A DNA stretch of 64,000 nucleotides from Chrysomallon squamiferum (GCA_012295275.1 CM022672.1:3782001-3846000), one strand, 5' to 3'. Shown: positions 41,025 through 56,698, counted from the first letter of the stretch. Notes: generated by a model not told the origin, from the letters alone. Numbers and translations: made by a program.

Positions 41025-41749
41025 ACAAATAACAACGATCAAAAAAGAAACGCCAACTAATAATAACAAAAAAAAAAAAAAAAAAAAGACCTCGCGGTTT
41101 AAAATTTTAAAAATACATCAACACAGCAAATAAAATTTCATGACAAAATAATTATTATAAATTATGAACTCTAACGATTCTTCCATTTTTCTTTTCGCTA
41201 AAAAACATGCAAACGAAAGAAACCGGGGAACGCCTCGGCGTCACGAAACTGTTGTCTGTCTGTCTGTGTGTGTGTCTGTCTGTTCTAAATTTAATAGACA
41301 AGCGATATAACTGTAATAACTCGTCTTTGTCTGAATTGTGTATTGGCGATCAGACGAGTGAATGGTACCAATAAGAACGACAACAACAACAATAATTAAA
41401 ATAATAATAATAGTAAATAATAATAGTACTAAGAATAGTAATAATAAGAAGAAGAACAACAACAACAGTAAAAACAACGTTTGTGAGTGAATACTTACAA
41501 GCTAGTATTTACCAGTAAATGCCAACAATTACCACATTACTAACATTTACAATAATAATAATAACAACAGTGTCATCACAACAGATAAATACATATATCG
41601 TTAAAAACATACCTATATACATACATACATAAATACGTATTTATCAAACATATTGCTGTATGTTTTCCTTCTTTTATTATTATTATTTTATTAATATTAT
41701 TATCAGGTGTTTTTTCTCCCATGTCAAAACCACTTTATAATTTTGTTGT

Positions 41750-41788
<39 letters not shown>

Positions 41789-41810
41789 TTATTATTTATT
41801 ATTATTATTA

Positions 41811-41854
<44 letters not shown>

Positions 41855-42850
41855 CAAGGTGCTAATATCGACAACTAACTTAATTAAATTGTCTGGAACG
41901 TAATAGAGCTTAGATCTTTTTCACGAGGTTAAATGGTGCTTTAGTTTTTTCTCTTCTTTTTTTTTTCTCTCTTTTTTTAACATGACAGGAATACTACTGT
42001 AGTGAGTACATCTAGATGTATTTAGTCACTAATGAGATTTGATTTGGCTCGTTGTCGCCTTTGAAACAAAGATTATTTTTTGATCGGCTGTTGGCGCTGA
42101 AAGAAAACCTCGCGTCTGCTAAAACGTCTGAAACGAGCGGCATTTTTCTCTCCAATTACCCAACACGTTTCCGCGTCAGTTGAGTGGCGGGAATGTTGCA
42201 CGTGAGTTGCTCGCGCCCGAGCAGAAACCGTTATCTCGCCGGCAGACGACACTGTCGCTTGATCACGAGATTTGGCGCCAAATTTGATGACAGGTTTTCC
42301 GTGTTCCATTGTTCGCCAGTGAAAGATGCAGAGATGAGACTAATTGCGCGGAATTATGATACTTTTACAAGGCTTAAGGATACGGTAACCCGATAGACAT
42401 TTTCCTTCTTCAGTCGTCCTCTATTAGTTGTGTAATTACTCAGGCGTGGTCAGATGATTTCGCAAGAGGAGAAGGTGGTTGCGCGTTTTGATCATTATGT
42501 TAATTTGCATCATGTGTCTGGGTGACTCGGTGACTGCAAGACTTGAGTCGACTTAGCGTGCACGGATAAATCTTTCAGACTTCCCCACACACACTCACAC
42601 AGTCTCGTCAAAGAAATGATGACTGCTTTTCTGTCTCCTGTATGAGAAGATACATGTGTGGGATGTCTGACTGCTTATTGATAAGATGAGACGCTCGTGG
42701 GTTTTCTGTCCCACACTGTCACGATTTCGTCACAAGAAAAGTACGACTGACACCAGAACTAATACTATTAAACTGCGCTAAGATTTCCTTAATTATTAAT
42801 GATTTAATCATTTAAGGGTTATGACGTTTGGTGGTTCTTGGTGTGTGTGT

Positions 42851-42891
<41 letters not shown>

Positions 42892-43463
42892 ATTGATAGA
42901 TATGCTCTTTATCAGTTTTGAGAATTGAAAATATGCTAAGATAAATAAATAAATAAATAAATGTGGATTTGGAGACAACACGATGTACTTTAAGGCTTTA
43001 TCATATACTAAGATAGTGAAATATCGATATAAAACAAATAAAACAAGACAATTTTAACAGGAATAAAGTTTAACTAACCGCTCCAAAAATAGTTAAATGT
43101 AATCTAAGAACTTGGCAACATGAGTGAACCATCAATCACGTCATTACATTTAAATTTAACTGAATTAAATTTAATAGAATTAAATTAAACCTCCAAGAAG
43201 GAAATCTTAATTCAGGATCTAAAAGGGCAAAAAAAAAAAAAAAAAAAAAATAATAATAATAATAATAATAATAAAATGGGTGAAATAAAACCCACTTGAC
43301 TAGCTTCCTCTTTCAAACGTTTTATTAGTTCCACCTTGAGCCGTGTTCAGAAAACAGTTCCAGTCTTAGTCGTTTTAAACTCTTTTTAATGATTTAAATA
43401 TTTATTTCAGGGTCGATGCTTCTTCGAGTGGTATTTGTTTAAGTTTCAAGAACCACGCGTGTT

Positions 43464-43650
43464 CAGGGTGGGATCCAAGTTTTCAGAAACAGAAGATGCG
43501 CGATCGCAGCTAAGGACATATCTTTCAACAACAACAACAGTAACAGCAACAAAAAGAAATGAAAAGGAATGAATGAATAAATAAATAAAAGCAAAAAGAA
43601 TAGTGAGAGAAGCATACTAAGAGGTTCTCCTTCTGGATCCCCCTCCCCTC
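43464..43650. mobile_element. Degenerate PIF/Harbinger-like MITE related to the 40257 element
   Basis: CAGGGTGGGATCCA ... TGGATCCCCTCCCCT inverted termini around a low-complexity core. Confidence 0.45.
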
Positions 43651-44791
43651 ACGGACTTTTCCTTTGGATCCGATTCTTTCTAAAGAATTCAGTTTAAGAA
43701 CAACAGATCGCTCAATCGTTATAGCGGAGTAGAAGATAGCATACAATAACTTCCTGTCAGCCATGACAAGTTTAAAAACACAGCCATGCCACTTTGTAAA
43801 TGATGGAAGGCTTTGTGCTCGTTTATGACATAAAACAATGTTGACTCTCCACGTACACGCACTAAAACTGTTTGTTACGTATTAGAAAAGAAATAAAACT
43901 ATCATCGTAATCACGACGGAGCCCTGCGAACGGCGACACGCGATGATTCATTTATGTTTGGCTTGTGTCAGGTTGCGTATAACGATAATCGTCTTGTCTG
44001 TTCGCTGTCATCTTTCTGACAATGGTTTCTAAACAACTTACTGCAGTTTAATCGTGGCAACAGCAGCTGGTTTCACTAAAGTATTCGGCATTATACGTGC
44101 TGGTTTAAGAAAGTGGTGTGCAACCTTCAGTAACCCATTCGTTTTGTTGTAGGGAGTTATATTACACAAATAAAATAAAAATGTAAAAACGAAATCATGT
44201 TTAGCGAAATAATGTAAACGTTTTGAGCCTTAAGTAATCCCACCAGTCATGTATACTCTCTTTATTAATATCAGAATCTGTATAGATTTGTACCTGCATG
44301 TGTTTATATATGTATGTATGCACCTTCGTTTGTATTATATATATTCTAATATACAGTTGTATGTAAGTATGTGTGCGCGTTAAAGTGGCAGTATGTTTTT
44401 GAATTCAATAAACAAAAATAATTAATTTTACAAATACGTATTTTCCCACTAAGCTTCTTTGAATCGTCAGTTCTCTGTTAACATTTTTCTGTTGCTGCAG
44501 CAGGTTTTTTCCCAAGCAGTAAATTATGATTACATCTGAATAGACGCGTGTTGATAATTCAAAGCCACTAAGTCAGCATGAAGCACATACTCGCGTACTC
44601 AGCATTGTGTAATCAAGCAAGAGAATTACCAGCGTAGTAAATTTTTAATTTCCAATTAGCAAAACTGCCGCCGATTTGCACGCTATTTGAACAAGAAGCA
44701 GCAGCACTCTGGTGGTTGGGTCATACCACACTGACTTCGAGATTAATTGCTGAACTGTGCAGTGTTTATTATGTTTCATTACTTGTATAGC

Positions 44792-44925
<134 letters not shown>

Positions 44926-45466
44926 GGTTAAAAATATATATAGGTATATATATATATATATGAGTAGCTCTCTGACTTTCTCTGTTAATCTCTATATTCA
45001 TTCAACCATCTAGCTGATTCTCTCTCTCTCTCTCTCTGGTTTTATATATATTTTTTTTTTTCTTTCTTTCTTTTCTTCTTATTTGTATTACTGATAGAAT
45101 AGAAATAAAGATTATTATTTTTAAATCACAGAAAAACAACTCTGGTTTAGATTTGACACAGAATTGATTTCGTCTTATCTTGTTTTTCAATAACCACTAT
45201 CTGTATGTTATTATTATTATTATTAAAATGGTAAGAATGAAAAGTAATATAGATTAATATTATACCGGTATTCCATCTTTCTAAATTTTCAAAAAATATT
45301 TTTTTCTTTTTCGCGTCCTATACTGAAGAATCATTTGATATTTAAAAAAAAAAAAATAAAAAAAAAAAAATGGAAAGAATTTTAAAGAACAATAGAACAT
45401 ATTTTCATATTTAGTAAAAAAAAAAAAAAAAATAATAAAAAAAAAAAAAAAAAAAAAGATTGAAAA

Positions 45467-45511
<45 letters not shown>

Positions 45512-46111
45512 AAAAAAAAAAAAGAAATAAAAAGAAGTGAAAGGAGAAAAGAAAATGAAGAAAAAAAAAAAAAAAAAAATGTTAAATTAATAAAATCAGC
45601 ACTATTATGTTGTGTGAAGTTGATTAATAATTCAAATATTTCTTAACTTGCTTGTTCTTTTATTGAAAATAAATCTAATTATTACGTGAAAATCAAATCT
45701 TTTCCATTGAACAAAGATACATTTTTATAAAAAGATGCGACAACTCATTACTGCGTGCTCGCAGTTGGCTTTAAAAAAAAAACTGCAAAAAATTCATTTT
45801 AAGAAGGAAAAACATTTTGAAAAATGAGCTTTAATTAAATTTGATGTTCACTTTACTCATGACTCTGACCAACCATTACTTCAAGAGTGGAATCTTAAAT
45901 CTGTCAGAATAAGTGCGATTATGTAATGTAATAAAACAAACAAACAAACAAATAAAATAAAATAAAATAAAATAAAATAGTATGTCTACTAAATGGTCTG
46001 AATAATTAATGCACTGATAATATTTAGTATAATATATAAAATCAGTGTGTGTGTGTGCACGTATTTAGCGAATATTTTAAATATATTTCCCCTGAACAAA
46101 TTAAAAATAAC

Positions 46112-46218
<107 letters not shown>

Positions 46219-46672
46219 AACATTCACAATAACATTAATACTAAAATATTTTTAATTTATCAGCTGGTTAATATGACCTTGAACGTAAGAAACTACGCCA
46301 GCACTGACGTACATACAACAGCGGAAACAGCAGCAACCCTGTTATCCATATTTAACCCCAAGCATTATAAGAAGAAAAAAAAAAAAAAAGAATTACCAGA
46401 TAAATACATTTATTAATACTTCTTTGAAGATAGAATAAATGTCATGTTCATGTATTTCTGTACGAAGTGGGGTTATAAGATAATGAATTTGTGATTTGGA
46501 TTTCGCTTTCTTCCTGCAGATTCTGTATTTCCACGGAACTGGTCAGTTCAGTATCAGTGTTTATCATGGATACATACGCGTTTATCGGTGCCTAGGGGAA
46601 AATCATTTTTACGTTTAATTTTCTTGGCTTTTTCCTTCGAGAGAAACTCAGTGACTCAGAACGTGAGAATTT

Positions 46673-46744
<72 letters not shown>

Positions 46745-46967
46745 GATTCTGTTTTATTGGTTATTCAAGTGATGTGAAGATGACTGTGTAACAAACTGCT
46801 AATGGAAAATAAAATCAGCTTCTCACTGAGGTAAAATATCGAATTAAAAAGTTATAACAGTTTCTCGGCCACAACAAATAAATAAAAAAATAAGAGAAAT
46901 GACCCTCTACATAATTTTTTGTTTGTTTGTTTTAATCTTTTAGTGGCAGCTTCATTTATTTAGTTGT

Positions 46968-47023
<56 letters not shown>

Positions 47024-47067
47024 TTAGGATCAGTAATTGTTTTTTAGTCCTTATTATTTTAAGGTTG

Positions 47068-47069
<2 letters not shown>

Positions 47070-47124
<55 letters not shown>
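47070..47124. repeat. Poly-T run (~55 nt)
   Basis: Direct reading. Confidence 0.95.
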
Positions 47125-50100
47125 CCTTCTTTGTAACTGATACGTTGTTTACTTTCTTTTTTCACTAATTTTTTTTATTATTTTTATTCTAAAGTATTAC
47201 TCACGCTGATACTAATTATTTCGCTCTACTCGTTGGTGGCCTTAATTTGTATTCAGACTAAACACGAGGCTCCGGTTACCATAGAATTATATTAGTAATA
47301 ATGGAAGTGACGTGTTGAGCATAAGACGAAAAGTAAACATCTTGACGCACGTTTATTCCATGTAACAATGGCTGCCTCGGACGGTGTTTACCGTCTTATG
47401 TTCCCACAAAAGAAAAGACCTATCGCGATTTACGAGCATGCGTCATCTTTCTGTACAAGTAAATTGCCCTTCCACTTCAATTTGTCACTCAGTTCGAGGC
47501 TAATAGCAAGACAATAGCAGATATGGAAGGACAAAAGCGACGTCTGCATTTTCTGTTTTTGAACCTGTCTTTGCCTGTTTTTCTGGGAAGCTTTGGAGGG
47601 TGACAGATGCCCGGAGGGGGAGAGTAGGGATAGTCTCGCATAATTCCTTATTGTTATGATTTCTCGAGTTTCCAGACGGGCTTCTTTTTAGCCGAGACAC
47701 TCCGTGGTTGTTACTGTGTTATTATCGCAGCGTTCGGTTTGTTGCCTATGAATGCATGAAAAGTTTTCGCCGAGATTTAATTTGTCAGGTCATGTTTGTG
47801 AGAGACTCTTCATCCGATGTGAAGATGGGAGCCAGAGAAAGGAACGAATATTTTAAACAGGAAACCACAGAAAAGGACGACGTACTTGAAACAAAATAAG
47901 TTTGCGTCATCGTCAGATACATATAATGATATATTTGATATTAAAAAAATCATAATACTTCATATATTTCTTTCTTTTTTTTTTTTTTTTTTTTTTTCAT
48001 GTCACACCTGCGTTCTCGGATTGCAAACTACTTGAAAAATAATTGCAAAAAAAAAAAGAGAGAGAGAAAATCTTGTATTTATTCATAAACAACATCTTCA
48101 ATGGTTCGAATGGATACACTGAATTAAAAAACAGAAATAAAAGTATTTCGCACAGTGAACAATGACGCTTTTATGCACTGCATCGTTCCACGGATCCATT
48201 CGTTGACATCAAAGCAGTACGTAATAGGAAGCTGTTCGTTCGGGTGGATCACTTAGCCGCAGGGTTATTTGGCTTTCCACTCGAATAACCGAGAAGTTTT
48301 TATTGTTACTGAAAGCTTGCATCGCAGGGTAGATAGTCCTTGTTTGGTTTTGTCCATTCAAAATAGCTCAAACTTCTTTTTTTTTTTTTTTTTTTTTTCT
48401 TTTTTTGAAAACTTGCTTACACAAAATATGTCTAAAATGAGTTAGACGTGCTTGATTATATCACCTTCTATGAATATTAAACTACTGTCTGAATTCCTAT
48501 CCAAAACAAATTGAAAACATTACACACTCTCTCTTCTTTATAACTGATTGACTAACATTCTAGTAATTATTAATGAGACACTGACGTTCTGATTATTTTC
48601 CGAAATATTTAAGCTTCATATGGAAACGTTTCATGACAAATCTAAATTTCATTAAAAGGTTATTCTGCTGTATACTTTAGCATTTCTTTATAACGAAGAC
48701 TTTCTTCATTTCACTAGGTACTTTATCAATAATTCAGATTACAAGAGACATTTTATATTATATATATATTCGTTGTTCAAAATGAGGCAACCATATCTTA
48801 ATTAAATTAAAACAAATTTAACGTTTTTGTAGTATACATCTTTATGATCTTTAAATTCTCAAATCTGTGAAGAATGAACGTTCATTAAGTCATCTACAGT
48901 AATAATAAATAAAAGAGAAATTGCAATAATTTTATAAGTGACTTAAAATTAAGTGAAAAAATAACAACCGCCAAAAAGGACACATAACGAAGAAAAAAAC
49001 GAAGGAATAATCAAAAGACGAATTATAATAATTATAAAATAATAAATTAAGATAATTAAAAAGAAAGAAAAGTTTTTAAAAAAATAAAAGGAATGAAACG
49101 AAAAGAGGGGAAAAAAAATAAAAAATAATAATAATAACAACAATAACTGAAATCATTTCCGCAGTTAAATGAGGAAATCTGATTCTTTTTAACGCCAGAA
49201 GCAAAACGAACTGCATTTAATAAGAAATCATTGTTTCTTCTCGCCCTCGGTGCTTCCCGTCGATATTAAAGCGAGCTGATAAAAATAGAATAGATTTTCA
49301 CGATTGAGATGTCAAACATGCAATGATTCAAACCGAGGAGAAATTGTTGGAGACACGATGACTGATAAGATTTTATTCCCCAAACTATTCCAATCAAAAA
49401 GCTGTCGGGCCGAGTTTGTGCGCTTCGTATACAGTCGTTACCTTAGACGCGAGTTATCTTTGTCTGGAATCCCACCTTCGCTGGAAGCGCACCATTTGCC
49501 AAGAGCTTCCGTCAACTTGGTAAAGGAGTTTTGTTGACGCATTGCTAGTTCTCGCATTGTTTCTCGTAAGTCGAAACCGAGAAGATTCGTGTGCACGAAA
49601 AAAAAAAACAAAAAAAAACACTGGAATCCTAAACTCGCTATAAGTATTTGCTAAAGCCAAGAAAACATTCCCAGAAAACCAATTTATGTCGTGTTGTAAA
49701 TGGGTTTGAAAGACAAAAAATAAGTAACCGATAAAGCCTTTTATCGCGCACGCAGATGTGGTCTTTCATCGTCTACTTCTGAGGATTAGTTCTGACTAAC
49801 TGTTATAAAGACATGCAAAGAGCAAGCTCGGGACGGGATCTTATACTTTTTTAATGGCACTCTCGTTTAGGCTCTTTGCTACCATTCGATACCCTAACTC
49901 CTCTACACACAAAGACATTCGATCTTGGTTGAAAGGGAAGCATTTTTATAAAAGAGACACAATGATATGTTCTTGGCTAGTTATTTCAAAGCTATAAGAT
50001 TTATTTTCAAGTTTTATACCCTTCTAAGAAGTAAAATATTTCCTTAATCTCTGAGGTTTGTGCAGCTTCACGGATCAGCTACTTACAACCAAGCTTTCTG

Positions 50101-50618
50101 TTTTTTTGCAAGACTTAGGTCATGGTTCTCTTCGCTGTTAGGTAATAGGATCGCATCTCCTTTCAGTCTTCAACTCAAAACTGGGAAAATGAAAAATAAC
50201 TACATTATCTCTTCTATATAATTACCGAACATACTATGAACTTCTGGGCATACAGATTTCTGTATTACTCTTCGGTTTAACTAAACTTTCAGTATACTAA
50301 GATAGTAAAATATCAGGTTCCAGAGTTGTGTATCAGATGTATGCTCTTGGATACTGAAATGGTTGACTGATTGTTTAAAACCTGTTCCTTTTTAGGCCTC
50401 TCGTCGACATACCCTACAACTAGGTCTACATATGTAGCTTCTTTGTAAAAGAAATAAAAAATGTAGGGACATTTTTTATGGCAAAAAAAGTATGGTATAT
50501 TATTCACAAAAATGTTGAGTAGAAACTGAAATCCATAAGAGTTTTCTATTATCAGTAAATAGTCTTTTAGTAGCACACTGACGATTGTATTTTCTTGTGA
50601 CATAATACCGAATTGTTT

Positions 50619-50620
50619 AA

Positions 50621-50687
<67 letters not shown>

Positions 50688-50760
50688 ATGAACAAATAAA
50701 TAAACAAATAAACAAACAAATAAATGAACAAATAAATACATAAAGAAACAAACAAAGAAA
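50619..50760. repeat. (AAAT)n/(AAAC)n tract
   Basis: Direct reading. Confidence 0.9.
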
Positions 50761-53700
50761 CAAAGAATGAAAGAAAAAAACAAAAAAAAAACGAACAAAT
50801 TAGTAATGAAACATGTTTCATTTTGTAGCCTAGGAGGTCTCCCCATAATGCTTTTAAAGACGTTAAACATGTGAACTTAATCCTAGTAATATAAAAAAGA
50901 TAAATGATATTACTGATTCAAGTTCAAGTATCCCAACTCAGATTTCTTCGAAAACATATGGCGCGATCCAAACCGCAAAAATTATACATCTGTAACAAGA
51001 CTGGGGATGAAACCGTTTCAAACGAAGTCAGAGCAGACCAATAATTTAGAGACAAGGGTTACGAAATTGAGCAAAAAGTGAAATGAAGCATTCCATGATA
51101 ACTAAAAGCTCAGCTTACGAGAGATTCTTTAAATAAACGCACGTGATTGTCGAATCCTTGCAATGCGCACGTTGCATTATGTGCAAATAACATGCGTAAT
51201 TCGACTTGATAGGGAAAGCGAACACGTAAGGAAGGAATGTCGTGTTACCAGTTTACATGGAACATAAGGACAGCGGCATTCACTTGGAAAGCACTTACTG
51301 CATAACTCGAGAATTATCGCTGCAGTTCGTCTTGGTGGCAAAAGTCTGCCGTAACAAACATGTCGTGTGTTAAGCAGTTTCTGATATATTAAAGTCATTG
51401 TCTCGTTATAGCCCCTGTTGTTTGATTATTTGTATTTTTTTGTATTTTTTTTTTTTTTTTTAACTTTTGTTATTTAGTATCTTTATCACTGGGACTAATT
51501 TGTATGCAGCTGAATGATTTTGAGCAATTCACGACCATTGCTGTACTGACCAAGTTATGTTTAAGTCACGAAATCTCAAACATCAATATCATGTCTAAAT
51601 ACTACAATGGTTAATCTTGTCCGTACGTAAACGCCATTTTGACACCAAGGATATCCTGAGAAGTAGTTGGTATCATTATAACTACCATGACCATGTCTTA
51701 TGTCGGCGATTAGTGTCTTGCATTTTATAACAAACGTCATCATGTCCCATTTGTGCTTAGAAAATTCAGATCTGGCATGTCATTCTTACCATGGTCACTT
51801 TGTGAATGGTCGAATACTCATTTTGATACTTAAAACATTTTTCCGTCAGTTTATTTATCTCCAATAAAATGTTATTAGAAAATTTCATCAACGTGGTTAA
51901 CTTGTATTTCTGTTACCATTGTTTGACAAGTAATAGCTGGAGTAACGCTGTGCTGTTAAACATTCATTCATTTCATGGCATCATACACTATGTATTTCAC
52001 TGAAAATCTAATTAATATATGTGTGTGTGTGTCGATGAACAAAATGATTAATATATGGCTGCGTATAATCAAATAATTAATCTATGACAATAATATCCAT
52101 TTATCTACTCGAATCCGTCCACTCTGGGCTATATATAAACCATGTAATTAATATGTAACTGTGTTGAAACTACAGGTAGTAATTATACGAACGTCTGTAC
52201 TAAAGTACAACATAACATACATTACGAAGCTGTATTCGTCTGTGTGTAAACTCGATACATTTGAATATAGAGTAGACTGTCTTGTTATACGTCACAAAAC
52301 GCCAGTGTTTTTGTTTTAACGAGAGCGAGAGAGAAAAAAACTGATGAAATTAACTCTCTGTTGGTTTTGTGTTTACGAAAATTGTTTGGTAAGAGTTTCA
52401 AACGTGAGGTAATGCAGTATGTTTGTCTGCAATTCCCTGCTGTGTTTAAGTGAAATGAAATATCTCTAACATCAGAGAGGCTAAACATAAGAAACAAACT
52501 AAAAAAAAAAAAAAAAAAAAAAAGAAAGAAAATGTTGCTGAAAGTGTTTAAACAAGCTTTATCACAATGTTTAAATATTATTGTACAAATAATATCAAAT
52601 TGCAAAATCTTTACATTTTTTTCCTTATTTTTCCCTTTATCTGTTTATAATTTTTAAAAATGAATTTTTTATATTTACTATGTTTCTTTTTTGGTGGGTT
52701 TTTTTTTTTTTCTCCTGCTTTTATCTTTTCTTAATCTTTTAAAAATTTATTTATTACTCTAATCAGTTAAGTTTAATCCCTAATCTCTTTTGGTTTCGTT
52801 TCTTTCTTTTTCAAGTTTTATCTGTCAGTCTATCTGTCAGTCTATCTGTTTCTGCCAGTCTTTACAACCAGCTTGTTGTATTTCTTTTCATTCTTTTAAA
52901 TCTTTCTCACATATCTATCTCTCTCTGTCTGTCTCTTTCGTTCTCTCTTTCCGTCTCTTACACTCTCTCGCTCTCGCTCTCTCCCATACATATCTACGAC
53001 ACAAACTCTGCAATTTAGACTAATGAATAAATGAAAATTAACCATTCGGAAAATAATAATAATAATAATAATAGTGGTAGCAGTAGTAGTAGTACCAACA
53101 ACAACAACAACAACATGTGAAATCAGGATGAAATCCAAACATATTTAATGCAATATAAATTCTGTATTTTATGCTATCGAAATGCTTTAAAAATCGTTTT
53201 CCGGAATTTTCCGATCTTTATTCGCAGTTACTGGAAGAAATCCGAACTGTCCAGTTTATAACAGAATACTGTATTTTCAGATACACGACAACTTACGCTA
53301 TTTGTTATTATGAATATTCCCGAGATATTTTGAACACTTAACAGTTATCGATAAATTCCAATATTTTGCCACGAGATATTCCGAAAATACCCGAAAACCC
53401 TAAAAATGTCCGATAATGTTTGTTGTTTTTTTTTCTTCGGATAAACTACTTTCTATTCGACAAACAACAAATTCTCAGGCAAAAACGTCTTATTTTGTTT
53501 GACAAGCCTCGCTATTAAATTACCTTAATTTCAAAGCAATAAATTACTCTCTGCGGGCCCACCGATTTTTTTTTTTTTTTTTTTTTTCAAGCACAGAAAA
53601 CTCTGCAGTTAAAACAGTTGTTAATTCCGTGTTTTGTGATTTTTAGATAAAGTAACGTAAAACTACTGAGTAGCAATTTTCCATCTGATCACGGCGGTTT

Positions 53701-54891
53701 ACACCCTGTTAGCCACGGTGTCCCGTCTTCAAGAAGATTTCGTTTTTACTTGATTGCTGAGATAATATCTCTGTGTTTACCTACACGTAATTAAAAGACG
53801 AAAATAAACAGACTACCATGTAGATTTTGGCACCAGTACACACCAAAGATGGTTTCAGTTTTCGTGTTCAGTCAAGTGAGTGTGGTGTTGTTATTGTTGA
53901 TGTTTTGGGGTTTTCTTTTTGTAATTCCTTTTTAGATCGTATTGCTGTGGAAAGAAATATCGTATATGCTTGGTTTGTTTTCGGAGGCTTTTTAGATTGT
54001 TATTTATTTCCGTTTACATAAAAGATGTTTAAGAAGAAGAATTTACTGGAAGCATTCAAAATACATTTAGCTTACTTATTTATACACCAATCATAATATT
54101 TTAATAGTTCGTTTCAATAATTCCCAAAACGTTTTCTCTTTGAAAACTGAAACTTACGAGTATGTAAAAAGCTAAACACTTTTACATTAACTCTTTAAAA
54201 TTTCACTGCTAAGAGAAACAGCAGTTTTGTTTTATATGTAAAAGACGAGCTGGTTTTATGGTAACTCGGTGAAGAAAGAAATATGCAGTTAGCTGACAGT
54301 TACACGAGCGTTTAAACAGCTTTAAATCTTCCTGTGAGTTTCTTTTCTTGGATATTGTTTATTACAGTCTGTCTCTCTGTCTGCATGTTATCTTCAGTTT
54401 CTCTTACTTTCTTTACATATCTGTTTGTTTATGGTTTTCTTTCCCTCTGTCTGATTGCCTGTCTTTCTCTGTGCTCGTTCGACTCAGTTACTTATATGTC
54501 TATTCATTGGCCTCTCTATGTTTTTGAATATGTGTGTTTATGTTTTTATGTATGTATGAATGTGTATATGAATGTGCATAGGATGTATTTATGTGTGTGT
54601 GTATGTATATATGTGTGTATGTATGTCTATACGTATGCATGCATGTGTGTGTGTGTGAACAACCAGGCCCTCTCTTGCTAACCCATCTAAATACTCTCTT
54701 TCTCTTCCTTTTCTTCATATGGGTGGTCTAGAGTACCCAGGGTATCAGCGAGCAGCTGGACATGTTAATTACTGCTGTGTGTATTTAGTGTGACAGAACT
54801 CTGTACATAAACTTGTTTTTGTTGACTTTACGCTTCGCAACGCTAACGCTACTAATCTCAGTGACAGGTTTGTTTTTGAAGTGTCATCCTG

Positions 54892-54935
<44 letters not shown>

Positions 54936-55959
54936 TTTTAATTTTATTAAAATTTTTATCTCCTTCTGGAAAAAAAGACAACAACGAAAAACAAACTTAC
55001 TGACATCATTCTTCTTATTATCATTAAAAAGAAAAATACGAGATTCGTTCTGATATCTTAAATTTATATGTTGCAGGTGTGAACAGCACAAAGCTGTGAT
55101 CTTATCACTGTTCGGTGGTGCATGAATTCATATTTAACTTTCTTTTTAACCCACACTTCTTTTTCAAATTTCCTGATAGTGAATTTTACGTTTTGAATTT
55201 TTAACGACTTGCATTAACAGTCGTAACTTATCAACGATCTGATTGCCAAAGGAAGCCACGACAGAGGAAACTAGTTACTTCTTTTTATATATATATACAT
55301 TATTCACGTAAGATTTATAGCGAGATTTTTTTTATAATCACATTTTGTTTTCCACAGAACAGGAAAGCGCATATCCAGTCTTGAAATATTATATTTGAAA
55401 GCATTTTTTTTTTTTTTTTTTTTTATTTTAAAGTGCAGAGAAAAAGTCAACAAGATATTTGATATAATAATTTTAACCCTGTTACGATGATAACTTCATT
55501 AAAAGTGATTTAGTTCACAAAAACCGTGGGAAGGGCAGCTAGATTTTCTTTACAAGGGCACGAAATTAACATAACCCACAGGATTATCGATCACAGATTC
55601 CAGTTCCTCTGTGCTTCTGAAGTCGTATATGATATTGTTCAAATATTTGAAAAGTGTCCGCTTACGAAGATCGAGATTTCTGATTCGGCTTAAGACGCTA
55701 AATGATGAGGCCGCCAAGTAATGAAAACAAGGCGAGAGACGATCCTTGTCACTTTTTGTGTTTGCTTAGTGGACACAAATGTTTATACTACGACAAATGA
55801 CACGACGGTGTAGAAATAACCAAATGGGATTTCTTATGATTGAGATTCTCGTTGAGGACCATCGTAGAGACAGATTTGAAAATTTGTTTGTCCTTGTTAT
55901 TACTGTCATGTTGTAGTTGTTGTTGTTTTTTTAATTATCAGAGTAGTTGTAGTTGTACG

Positions 55960-55983
55960 TTTAGTGATAGTAACAATAGTTCC

Positions 55984-56025
<42 letters not shown>

Positions 56026-56219
56026 GTAATGATAGTAGTAAGAACAGAAGTAATGATAGCTGTTTTTGTTGTAATGGATTTAGACGTAGCAGGTGCTGTA
56101 GCAACAGCAATAACAGTATCGTCAGTGTATAGTTGCTATAAAAGTAGTAGTAATAACAGAATCAGTAGCAACAGCAGCAATATTAGTACTAGTAGTGATA
56201 GTAGGTGTAGCGGAAGTAA

Positions 56220-56254
<35 letters not shown>

Positions 56255-56289
56255 ACAGCAGCAGTAGCAGTATTTGTATAGTAGTAGCA

Positions 56290-56345
<56 letters not shown>

Positions 56346-56365
56346 TGTCTGTGTGTGTGAATGTG
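55960..56365. repeat. Degenerate (AGT/AGC)n region followed by (GT)n
   Basis: Direct reading; source of the spurious poly-Ser ORF 55840..56370. Confidence 0.9.
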
Positions 56366-56574
56366 TTTAATATTAAAACAAATCATCTCTAAGATCGGTT
56401 CACTGATCACTTCCTAATTCGATGATGATGACGTTCGCAGGTTATGATGACTCTGTTTTCTCTTTCAGAGTTAATTTAAAATTGTTCTACAGTTACACAT
56501 ATTATTGATTTTTTAGAAAACTTACCTGATATTTTGTAACGTAAGTGCTGATGTTATTAAATTTTATAATGCCA

Positions 56575-56698
56575 TTAATAATAACGACAAAGATAACGAT
56601 GACGACAACAGCTGCAGCAGGAACGGCAAGAGCAACAATAACGACAATAAAAAAGCAGCAGCAGCAGCAGCAACAACTGCAGCAACAACAACAACAAC

